From Candidatus Uhrbacteria bacterium (GTDB lineage: Bacteria; Patescibacteriota; Patescibacteriia; UBA9934): a stretch of DNA of 64,000 bases. Of the stretch, positions 46,408-54,365 are shown piece after piece. The DNA lies in assembly GCA_943359525.1 (NCBI GenBank), contig CALRHV010000002.1, positions 25,040-89,039 on the forward strand, read 5' to 3'. The notes under the pieces were generated by a model. The model worked only from the letters and a program-made list of their open reading frames with translations. It was not told where the DNA came from and searched no databases. Positions within the stretch are counted from its first letter, which is position 1. Each line of letters begins with the position of its first letter. The translations under genes were made by a program, and so were the position numbers.

Positions 46408-46929
46408 ATGAATGATAATGCTTTTGAGGGGACGCTTGTGAAGAGGGCGCCAAGAAAAGAGCGGGCGCCGCATCAGAGTTCTGTACTTGAATTGCTTCTT
46501 CGGGCGGCGGAAGAAGAGGGTCAAACGCTTGACGCTGAAACTCCGGTGGATATTGAAGGCGCGATTAATGAATCGCTTGCCGCGATTGTTGACCACGGTG
46601 CATTGGAATCATTGGACGATGCCGTAAAGCGCGCGTTTGTTGCGGTAGCATTCGCAAAGTTGAAACCCGGGGGAATGTATTCACTTTTTCATCGATCGCA
46701 ACACGAAGATGTGGGAGCTCGCCGGAAAACAAAAGAATTTCTTGAAGCGCTTTTCCCCGTTGGCGTTGAGCATCTTCTTGATTGGAACGAAACACATTCA
46801 ACCAACAAAGAATCGGGCATTCAGCGTTTTGCGTGGTCGACAATTGTGCGTAAGTCGGGATCGACGATGTCGGTGATGGATCTTCTCGATAAAGCGGTGG
46901 CGTTGAAACACAAAGAAGAAGGGAGATAG
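46408..46929 (+). CDS. Hypothetical protein
   Basis: ORF 46390..46929, with the Met at 46408. No motif recognised. Confidence 0.4.
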   Translation: MNDNAFEGTLVKRAPRKERAPHQSSVLELLLRAAEEEGQTLDAETPVDIEGAINESLAAIVDHGALESLDDAVKRAFVAVAFAKLKPGGMYSLFHRSQHEDVGARRKTKEFLEALFPVGVEHLLDWNETHSTNKESGIQRFAWSTIVRKSGSTMSVMDLLDKAVALKHKEEGR

Positions 46930-46939
46930 TATTTGTCGT

Positions 46940-47401
46940 ATGACCGATGATGCGACGAAAACAACGGTGAAACGCGGTGTGGATTGTATTGGTGTTTGTG
47001 TTTCATTTTTGTTACACGACGGTAATGGGGGGGTGTTGCTCCATAAGCGAAGCGAAAAATGCAGAGATGAATGTGGAAATTGGGACTGTGGTGCTGGAGC
47101 ATTAGAATTCGGAGAATCATTTGAAGCATCTTTACGGAGGGAAATCACGGAAGAGGTTTGTGCAGAGATTATTGAAATAAAAGCATTGGGCGCTAGGAAT
47201 GTCTTGAGAGAACATCAGGGTATCGCGACGCACTGGGTTGCCGTCCGATATGCTGTGCAAGTCGATCCCACACAAGTGCAGAATGGTGAACCAGAAAAAA
47301 TCGATGAAATTGGTTGGTTTACGATAGGAACATTGCCAAATCCCAAACACACGATGTTGAACGATATGATCGAAGCCGCGCAAGCTGCTGGGATTTTGTA
47401 A
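46940..47401 (+). CDS. NUDIX hydrolase
   Basis: Nudix box GALEFGESFEASLRREITEEVCA (Gx5Ex7REUxEExGU). Confidence 0.75.
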   Translation: MTDDATKTTVKRGVDCIGVCVSFLLHDGNGGVLLHKRSEKCRDECGNWDCGAGALEFGESFEASLRREITEEVCAEIIEIKALGARNVLREHQGIATHWVAVRYAVQVDPTQVQNGEPEKIDEIGWFTIGTLPNPKHTMLNDMIEAAQAAGIL

Positions 47402-47483
47402 AAGAAATCTGATCATTGAGTGGGTTGAGGCGAAAGAACGACACGATCGCCGACCTCGACGTGTGCATTTTGTGATATTGTGG

Positions 47484-47559
47484 ATGTTAACTTGAGTTAA
47501 CATACGAATTGCGAAATCATTGGCTTTTCTGCATCTGAAATGTTAACTCAAATTAACAT
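47484..47559. promoter_or_regulatory. Two 20-bp near-palindromic operator-like sites (ATGTTAACTTGAGTTAACAT at 47484..47503 and ATGTTAACTCAAATTAACAT at 47540..47559) upstream of the XRE regulator
   Basis: Tandem copies of the same dyad, 36 nt apart, in the leader of an HTH gene. Confidence 0.5.
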
Positions 47560-47762
47560 CGTTGAAATCGAGAATGAGACTACCCGGACTGGTGGTTCGG
47601 GTACATGTTTCTTCACTGCGACCGATCACGCTACGCTGCGACGTCTCACTTCGTTCGACTGCAGTTGTGCATCAGCGCTCTCGTTGCGAAACATGCGCCC
47701 TCGCCACTGGCGTCCGGGATTCGGTTCACAACACCGTAAAGAATCAGTTTCAGATCATTCCT

Positions 47763-47990
47763 ATGCGTATTCCTACTTCTCAAAAGGGCGTCAAATTTAT
47801 TTCCAAGGTGTATTCCCATCGTATTCTCATTCCAGTTTCACAAAGTGAGCTCGCAAAAGATCTCGGATTAACTCGTCAAACTATCGCTTCGATCGAATCT
47901 GGGAAAAAGCAGCCTTCGCTTCTCACCGCATTTCGCATTGCGGAGTATCTACGAGTGAAAATCGAGGATTTATTCACGTTCAAGCCGTAG
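47763..47990 (+). CDS. XRE-family (Cro/C1-type) helix-turn-helix transcriptional regulator
   Basis: ...SQSELAKDLGLTRQTIASIESGKKQPSLLTAFRIAEYLRVKIEDLF is an HTH_XRE. The start was chosen at the Met at 47763. The longer ORF 47562 overlaps the operators. Confidence 0.65.
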   Translation: MRIPTSQKGVKFISKVYSHRILIPVSQSELAKDLGLTRQTIASIESGKKQPSLLTAFRIAEYLRVKIEDLFTFKP

Positions 47991-48007
47991 TCCTGTACAC
48001 TGGAGGC

Positions 48008-49396
48008 ATGGCAAAACGCATCACAAAACAAAGCTTTTATCGCTACTTGAAATGCCCATCGTGGATTTTTTACGACGCGACATTGCCGCGTCGGGACGAT
48101 GCGTTGCGAGCGCGAGTACAGGACGACTCCTTGATTCAAGAACAAGAGCGTGCAATTTTGGTTACACGGAAATCGATCGAGATTTCAGAGGAAACCGAGG
48201 AGGCAACATTCGCAAAAACGGTGGAGCTCATGAAGCAGGGCGCGCAATCGATTTACGGCGGTGTACTCATTCACGGACATTGGGTTGCGAAACCAGATCT
48301 TTTTGAGCGTGTCTCCGGAAAATCCACCTTCGGCGATTACTACTACGTTGCGTGCGACATCAAGCGCTCCCGTCATCTCAAAGACGAATATTGTGTGCAA
48401 GGTGCGTTCTATGCCGAGGTGCTTCGCGGCATTCAAGGCATGAAACCAAAACAGGGATACATCATGCGGCCAGACGGCACCGTCGAGGCGTATGTTCTCG
48501 AAGAATATCTCACAAAGTTCCGACTCACCCTAGACGGCATCGAACGAATCCTTGAAGGTATTCGCGAGCCGCACTTTCTCACATCGGATTGCAAGCAATC
48601 GCCATGGTTCGACGAGTGCAAAAAAGAAACCATCGCGAGTGATCATCTTTCCCGCATGAATCGCATTTGGCGGAGTGAAGTGACGGCGTTGAACGACGCG
48701 GGGATTACAACAGTAACGCAGCTTTCCACACGCAACGCGGACCTTCTTGCTCGCGGTGTTCCCGGCGTTACGCAAGAACGATTGCAATTTCTCATCCTTG
48801 GCGCAAAAGCGTTGCTCGACGGAAAGCCTGTTGTTCTCGGCAAGATCGATTTTCCAAAAACCGATGACGCGCTCGTCGTCGATATCGAAGCTGATCCACT
48901 GCGTGATTTGCACTATCTCTTTGGCGTGCTTGATGTTCACGGCCAAGATGATGAATTTCACACGTTCCTTGCGGAAAAGCAGGACGAGGAAAAGGCAGCC
49001 TGGGATGCATTTGTTGCGTTTATGGAATCGCGTCCTGGTATTCCGGTGTATCACTATGGCTGGTACGAGCAAGACGTATTTCGATTAATGGCAGAACGCC
49101 ACGGTGCGCCAGAAGGATTCGTGGACGACCTCGCGGAGCGATCTGTGGATGTTCTGGAGCGTTTGCGCGAAGCGGTGATTTTCCCACTTTCGTTCTATTC
49201 ATTAAAAGACATTGCGCAGTTTCTTGGCTTCCGTTGGCGTCACGACGACGCGTCGGGGCTGAATTCGGTGTTGTGGTACGAGGATTGGTTGCGTACAGGC
49301 AATCGCGAAATGCTCAACGATGTGCTTCGCTACAATGAAGACGACGTGCGAGCGACTTGGGTTGTAAGGCAGTGGGGTAAACAGAGAACGTCCTAA
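48008..49396 (+). CDS. Putative RecB-family (PD-(D/E)XK) nuclease fused to an RNase H-like 3'-5' exonuclease domain (TM0106-family architecture)
   Basis: N-terminal half: ...YYYVACDIKRS... (D...D/ExK-like) and a Cys cluster. C-terminal half: VVDIEADPL...YHYGWYE...YNEDDVRAT is DnaQ/PolB-exo-like (DxE ... Yx3D). Confidence 0.55.
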   Translation: MAKRITKQSFYRYLKCPSWIFYDATLPRRDDALRARVQDDSLIQEQERAILVTRKSIEISEETEEATFAKTVELMKQGAQSIYGGVLIHGHWVAKPDLFERVSGKSTFGDYYYVACDIKRSRHLKDEYCVQGAFYAEVLRGIQGMKPKQGYIMRPDGTVEAYVLEEYLTKFRLTLDGIERILEGIREPHFLTSDCKQSPWFDECKKETIASDHLSRMNRIWRSEVTALNDAGITTVTQLSTRNADLLARGVPGVTQERLQFLILGAKALLDGKPVVLGKIDFPKTDDALVVDIEADPLRDLHYLFGVLDVHGQDDEFHTFLAEKQDEEKAAWDAFVAFMESRPGIPVYHYGWYEQDVFRLMAERHGAPEGFVDDLAERSVDVLERLREAVIFPLSFYSLKDIAQFLGFRWRHDDASGLNSVLWYEDWLRTGNREMLNDVLRYNEDDVRATWVVRQWGKQRTS

Positions 49397-49397
49397 T

Positions 49398-49493
49398 TTT
49401 GCCGAGTTTCGACTCAGATCATCGAAAACTTCTTCAACGTACCGAGAAGTACGTCTCAGAAGCTTTTCTCGACCTTCATCGAAACTCGACTAA
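49398..49493. repeat. Conserved upstream element, copy C (core cgtaccgagaagtacg at 49438..49453), upstream of the C39-like peptidase gene
   Basis: See copy A. Confidence 0.6.
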
Positions 49494-49516
49494 AATTAGA
49501 ACGTTCTCAAAATATT

Positions 49517-50389
49517 ATGATCATACAAAAGCTTTTTCAGAATCCTTATGATGGGAAGACGCGTCCATGGAAGCCATGGTACGGGTATCTTTTTGGCATT
49601 GTCGCACTCGTGAGCGTTGGGTTGTACACGTATCAACGACTGAACGGTGGGCCGGTGGTTCCAACATCAACAGTGCCATCGGTGACATATAGCGAGTTGG
49701 TGAAGAAGCAAGAGCCGGTATCGGAACCAACTCCGACTCCGACTCCGTCGCCGACGCCTGCTCCGTCCGACCTCTCCGAAGTTGCAAAGACGGCCCTTGA
49801 GGTGATCAAGACGCCGGCGGCAACGTCGAAGAATCTCGATGTTCCATTCACATCGCAGGCACCGTTTGCTGTGTGGGATATTGTGCACGAAGACACGTGC
49901 GAGGAAGCGGCGATTTATATGGCGGTGGAATTTTACGCTGGCGTGAGCGGCGTGATTGATCCTGCAGTTGCAGACAAAGCATTGCTCGCTATGGTAGATG
50001 CAGAAACAGCACAGGGATTAAAAGTGAGTGTGACGGTGGCGGAGCTTGGAGCCTTTGCGGAATCGTTCTTTCCAGGAATCAAGGCAACCGTTATCGATAA
50101 CCCAACCATTCAGCAGATCAAGGCGTACATCAACGCCGGAACTCCGGTTGTTGTTCCGGCGCGGGGCCGTGAGCTTGGAAACCCCTTCTATTCCGGACTT
50201 GGACCGCTGTATCACTTGTTTACGATTCGCGGATACGACGGCGACAATTTCATCACGAACGACCCAGGTACGCGCCGTGGAGAGAATTACGTCTATCCGC
50301 AATCCGTGATCATGAGCACGATGGCAGATTGGAACAACGGCGACGTCGCGAACGGTGCAAAGCGAATTCTCATTCTTGAGAAAAAGTAA
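49517..50389 (+). CDS. Peptidase C39-like domain protein (membrane-anchored, Pro/Thr-rich linker)
   Basis: N-terminal TM anchor, a PTPTPSPTPAP linker, then ...DVPFTSQAPFAVWDIVHEDTCEEAAIYMAVEFY..., which is a C39_2-like Cys/His peptidase signature. Confidence 0.55.
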   Translation: MIIQKLFQNPYDGKTRPWKPWYGYLFGIVALVSVGLYTYQRLNGGPVVPTSTVPSVTYSELVKKQEPVSEPTPTPTPSPTPAPSDLSEVAKTALEVIKTPAATSKNLDVPFTSQAPFAVWDIVHEDTCEEAAIYMAVEFYAGVSGVIDPAVADKALLAMVDAETAQGLKVSVTVAELGAFAESFFPGIKATVIDNPTIQQIKAYINAGTPVVVPARGRELGNPFYSGLGPLYHLFTIRGYDGDNFITNDPGTRRGENYVYPQSVIMSTMADWNNGDVANGAKRILILEKK

Positions 50390-50413
50390 ATCGCTCGCTG
50401 GTTGCTCGACTCA

Positions 50414-50447
50414 GTCATCCTGAACGAAGTGAAGGATCTCTCGCAGG
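50414..50447. repeat. Family 1 repeat half-unit, directly abutting a family 3 copy
   Basis: gtcatcctgaacgaagtgaaggatctctcgcagg. Confidence 0.6.
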
Positions 50448-50466
50448 TTAAACACTCCGTTCACTC

Positions 50467-50612
50467 ATCAACAGGTCCTGTCACCTCGGACCCCGTTACG
50501 GTGCTCACCGCGCACGACATGCTCTCGGTAATCGTCATCATATTCTGTGCTCGTTGCGCTCCGTACTTGTCCCCGGAGGGGGCGGGGGCCTCCCTCGGCG
50601 CCACCCGTTGAT
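50467..50612. repeat. Repeat family 3, copy 2
   Basis: Alignable to 42127..42256, with a ~16-nt G-rich insertion. Confidence 0.65.
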
Positions 50613-50630
50613 TCGTTCGCTTTGTACTAT

Positions 50631-51908
50631 ATGCCTCCAGCAATCATCTCCGTTTCCGACTATCTCGGACTCGTCAATCACGCGCTTCGCACTATTCCTC
50701 ACGAGGGAATGGTGATCGAGGGTGAGGTTGTTGAGTTTAAAGTGAGCCAAGGCAAATGGGTGAATTTTGATTTAAAGGACGAGAAATCCGAAGCAAAGAT
50801 TTCATGTTTCATGACAGTGTTTGCATTGAATGTGCCGTTGCAAAGTGGCATGCGAGTGCACGTAACGGGAACGTCAAAAGTATTTGAACGATTTGGAAAA
50901 TTTACGTTGAACGTGACGGCAATCGAGCTCGTTGGCGAAGGTGCGTTGCAAAAAGCGTATCTTGCACTGAAGGAGAAGCTCCGATCGGAAGGAATGTTCG
51001 AGACGGCACGGAAGCGATTGATTCCGCGATTCCCCGAACGCATTGGTCTTATTACTTCCAGTGAGGCTGCGGCGTACGGTGACTTCCTTCGCATTCTTCG
51101 CAACCGATGGAGCGGCGTGACGGTGACGCATGTTCCGGTGACGGTGCAGGGGAAAGATGCTGTACAAGAAGTCATCGGCGCGTTTGCGCAGTTGAACGCG
51201 TTGCCGATCGACAGCCGACCAGAAGTGATCGTGCTGACCCGCGGGGGAGGAAGTCTCGAGGATCTCCACGCGTTTAACAGCGAGGCTGTAGTGCGCGCCG
51301 TATTTCAGAGCGCAATTCCGGTGGTGGTGGGTGTTGGTCATGAACGTGACGAGTCGTTGTGCGACTTTGTTGCCGACGTTCGTGCGTCCACGCCGAGCAA
51401 CGCAGCTGAGCGCGTTGTTCCTGATCGTCGAGAGATTGAAACGAGCATTGCTGTCGATATCGACAGAATTGGTGATCAACTTCAACACGAGATCGACAAC
51501 AGAACACATGAGGTCGATCGCGCCGTGAGCATCTTTGATCGGTCGCTTGCGCGGTTGCTTCAGTCGATGAGTGACGTCACTCGGCGATTCGGTTACGCGT
51601 TTGAGCGATTCCGCCTCAGTCTCATTGCCACCGTCGAACATGTTGATCGCAGAGTTCAGGCGATCGACGGCCGAATGAAATTGGCCATCGATGAGCGCTC
51701 ACGATCAATCACCGAGCTTGAACGTGTGCTAAAAAGCATCGATCCGCGGGAAGTGTTGAAGCGAGGATACGCGTTGGTACGATCGGCGGGGAAAATCCTT
51801 CGCTCTCACCGTGATGTTGCCCCCGGAGACCGTCTCACCATACAATTGGGGGAGGGAGAGATCCGCGCCCAAGTGGAAACGAATGCAGTGCAGGAATCTC
51901 TATTATAA
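50631..51908 (+). CDS. xseA: Exodeoxyribonuclease VII large subunit
   Basis: N-terminal OB fold (VSDYLGLVNHALRT...MVIEGEVVEFKVSQGKWVNFDLKDE), a central catalytic region (...LTRGGGSLEDL.AFN...) and a coiled C-terminus. The start was chosen at MPPAIISV after the repeats. Confidence 0.85.
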   Translation: MPPAIISVSDYLGLVNHALRTIPHEGMVIEGEVVEFKVSQGKWVNFDLKDEKSEAKISCFMTVFALNVPLQSGMRVHVTGTSKVFERFGKFTLNVTAIELVGEGALQKAYLALKEKLRSEGMFETARKRLIPRFPERIGLITSSEAAAYGDFLRILRNRWSGVTVTHVPVTVQGKDAVQEVIGAFAQLNALPIDSRPEVIVLTRGGGSLEDLHAFNSEAVVRAVFQSAIPVVVGVGHERDESLCDFVADVRASTPSNAAERVVPDRREIETSIAVDIDRIGDQLQHEIDNRTHEVDRAVSIFDRSLARLLQSMSDVTRRFGYAFERFRLSLIATVEHVDRRVQAIDGRMKLAIDERSRSITELERVLKSIDPREVLKRGYALVRSAGKILRSHRDVAPGDRLTIQLGEGEIRAQVETNAVQESLL

Positions 51909-51927
51909 AAATCTTCATGAGCTATCA

Positions 51928-52010
51928 GTCATTCTGAGCGTATGCGAAGAATCTCTCGCAGGTGATCCGGATAACCTACGAGAGATCCTTCGTTACACTC
52001 AGGATGACTG
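51928..52010. repeat. Family 1 palindromic repeat inserted between xseA and xseB
   Basis: gtcattctgagcgtatgcgaagaatctctcgcaggtgatccggataacctacgagagatccttcgttacactcaggatgac. Confidence 0.7.
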
Positions 52011-52033
52011 CGGGGCTCGTGATACCAGAACAT

Positions 52034-52261
52034 ATGTCGAAAAAAATATCGTTCGCGGATGCCTTTCAGGAGTTGGAATCGATTACCGAGTGGTTCGAAA
52101 CGCAGAACGTGGATCTTGATGAAGGGGTAAAGAAATTTGAGCGCGGTCTTGAACTCGCAAAGATGCTGAAGGAAAAGCTTGCCGACGTGGAGAACACGGT
52201 GGTGACGCTGAAAAAGAAGTTTTCAGCACTCGACGGCGCTCCATTTGAAAATTCGTTATAA
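52034..52261 (+). CDS. xseB: Exodeoxyribonuclease VII small subunit
   Basis: MSKKISFADAFQELESITEWFETQNVDLDEGVKKFERGLELAKMLKEKL is a classic XseB. Confidence 0.85.
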   Translation: MSKKISFADAFQELESITEWFETQNVDLDEGVKKFERGLELAKMLKEKLADVENTVVTLKKKFSALDGAPFENSL

Positions 52262-52271
52262 TCAATCCTAT

Positions 52272-52619
52272 ATGAAACTCATCCTTCGCTGGTTCATTAA
52301 TGCACTCACACTTCTTGCGGCAACGCAGATCATTGCAGGGTTCCATGTATCGAGCTTTTATTCGGCGCTTATTGCGGCGCTCGTCCTTGGGCTGCTCAAT
52401 GCAGTGATTCGCCCGATTCTCGTGCTTCTTACATTGCCAGTGAACATCGTTACTCTTGGTCTTTTCACTTTTGTGATCAACGGAGGAATTGTGTGGTTTA
52501 TGGCAACCTTCGTGAAAGGCGTTACGGTAACCGGATTCATGCCGGCGTTGATGGTGGGTATTTTAGCGTGGGCTGTGAGCACGCTAACGAGCTGGTTTTT
52601 CAAAGAAGTCGAGGAATAA
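52272..52619 (+). CDS. Phage holin family 4 / DUF360 (YvlD-like) membrane protein
   Basis: LILRWFINALTLLAATQIIAGFHVSSFYSALIAALVLGLLNAVIRPILVLLTLPVNIVTLGLFTFVING... is close to the YvlD/YqhQ pattern. Confidence 0.7.
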   Translation: MKLILRWFINALTLLAATQIIAGFHVSSFYSALIAALVLGLLNAVIRPILVLLTLPVNIVTLGLFTFVINGGIVWFMATFVKGVTVTGFMPALMVGILAWAVSTLTSWFFKEVEE

Positions 52620-52620
52620 T

Positions 52621-54354
52621 ATGAATATTCGTCGATTCACAATGGTACTGGGTTTCGTCTTTTTATGGTCCACGGCGTCGGTGCCATACGCGCATGCGAT
52701 AGATTTCACAGAACCAACGGTGAGTAAGGTGACTCCAATAACGGCGACGTACGGGGCTGCAACGACATTCTCAGTAACGTATTCGGACGGTGTTGGCGTA
52801 ACGAGTTGTCGATTGTTGAATGGCGGGGTGAACATGGGAACAATGACGCTTTCGGGAACAACAACGGGAACCGCAACGTATTCGTATACACCAACGTCAA
52901 CAGCATCGCTGAGCTTGCGAGCACGTTGTACGGATGCGGCTGGAAATTATACAGCCGGTACAGCGGTAACGGTGACGGTTTCCGCAGCTGGCGACACCAC
53001 GGCTCCTGCAGTAAATGGAGTGTCTTATGCTGCAGGGCCGAGCGATTCGGTAACGTTTACGATCAATGCATCTGACGCTGTGGGTATTTCGAGCTGTACG
53101 TTGTATGTGGATGGCGTATCTCAAGGCGCCGTCACATCTGAGCCAATGCTTTACACATATCATCCTTCTGCTGCTGGAACGGTTTCCGTGTACGCAACAT
53201 GCGTTGATGCGGCTGGGAACACCGGCACGGGTCCAACAGCGTCGGTAGCTGTTACGTATACAGATACTACAGATCCTGCTGTGGGTGTCCTCACGCCAAC
53301 AACGGCAACGGCTGGTTCTGCCGTAACATTTTCTGCAACGGTTTCTGACGCTGTTGGTGTGGCATCGTGCGCGTTATACATCGATTATGTTAGCCAAGGG
53401 GCAATGAGTATTTCGTCTGGAATAGCAACAAAATCTTACACGCCTTCTACGGCAGGAACGATTATTTCATTTGCAATCTGCTTAGACGCTGCTGGGAATT
53501 CAGGAACCGGGACTCCGTCATCTGTAACGGTTTCTGCTGCAGCAGCATCTGATGCTACTGCGCCATCGGTTGGTGTAGTTACTCCAACAACAGCAACAGT
53601 AGGAACGGAAGTAATATTTTCTGTATCGGCTTCAGATTCGGTGGGAGTAACGAGCTGCTCCCTGTATATAGGCGGAGTAAGTCAGGGTGGTATGAATATT
53701 GTTTCCGGTTCGGCAATAAAGGCATACACGCCGTCTGCCGCAGGAACAGTTTCCGCATACGTAACCTGTGTTGACCTTGCTGGAAACACGGGAACGGGCG
53801 CGGCAACATCGATTACGATAAGCTCCTCCTCTACGTCAACGACTACAACTACCACAACAGCCGAAGAGAGTTCTGCGGTAGAAGAAGCTGCACATAACAC
53901 GTTAATCAAGCTTGCATGTGGCGTTATAGCCTACGCAACAGACCCATGTCACGCGGTATATTATTACGATGGATCGCGTCACGCCTTTCCGAATGAAAAA
54001 GTATTTTTCACGTGGTATCAGGATTTCGACGACGTGATTGTGGTTACCGACGACTTTATGGCATCCGCAACACTTGGAAAGAATGTGACGTATCACCCGG
54101 GAACTCGCATGGTGAAGTTTATTACGGTTCGGACGGTGTATGCTGTTGGGGAAAGCGGTGAACTTCGTGCTGTTGCAAGCGAAGACGTTGCAGTAAGCAT
54201 TTGGGGGAGTGACTGGAACACACAGATTGACGACATTAGCGACGCATTCTTTGGCAACTACGAATTCGGCGAGGCCATAGACAGCACCAGTGACTTCGAT
54301 CCCGACGCCGTGGAAGCATCGGTGACGAATATTGCAGAAATGTTTACAAAATAA
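52621..54354 (+). CDS. Secreted, cell-surface protein with 4 tandem ~95-aa Ig-like repeats, a Thr-rich linker and a conserved ~170-aa C-terminal domain
   Basis: Signal peptide MNIRRFTMVLGFVFLWSTASVPYAHA. Repeats share T[AE]PTV..V[ST]P.TAT.G..VTFS...SD.VGV.SC.LY..GVSQG.M......A.K.YTPS.AGT.S.YA.C.DAAGN.G.G, with two Cys per repeat. The C-terminal domain, ...NTLIKLACG...DPCHAVYY.DG.RHAFPNEKVFFTWY.DFDDVIVVTDDFMAS..., is shared with the next gene. Confidence 0.7.
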   Translation: MNIRRFTMVLGFVFLWSTASVPYAHAIDFTEPTVSKVTPITATYGAATTFSVTYSDGVGVTSCRLLNGGVNMGTMTLSGTTTGTATYSYTPTSTASLSLRARCTDAAGNYTAGTAVTVTVSAAGDTTAPAVNGVSYAAGPSDSVTFTINASDAVGISSCTLYVDGVSQGAVTSEPMLYTYHPSAAGTVSVYATCVDAAGNTGTGPTASVAVTYTDTTDPAVGVLTPTTATAGSAVTFSATVSDAVGVASCALYIDYVSQGAMSISSGIATKSYTPSTAGTIISFAICLDAAGNSGTGTPSSVTVSAAAASDATAPSVGVVTPTTATVGTEVIFSVSASDSVGVTSCSLYIGGVSQGGMNIVSGSAIKAYTPSAAGTVSAYVTCVDLAGNTGTGAATSITISSSSTSTTTTTTTAEESSAVEEAAHNTLIKLACGVIAYATDPCHAVYYYDGSRHAFPNEKVFFTWYQDFDDVIVVTDDFMASATLGKNVTYHPGTRMVKFITVRTVYAVGESGELRAVASEDVAVSIWGSDWNTQIDDISDAFFGNYEFGEAIDSTSDFDPDAVEASVTNIAEMFTK

Positions 54355-54365
54355 TTCATTTTTCT

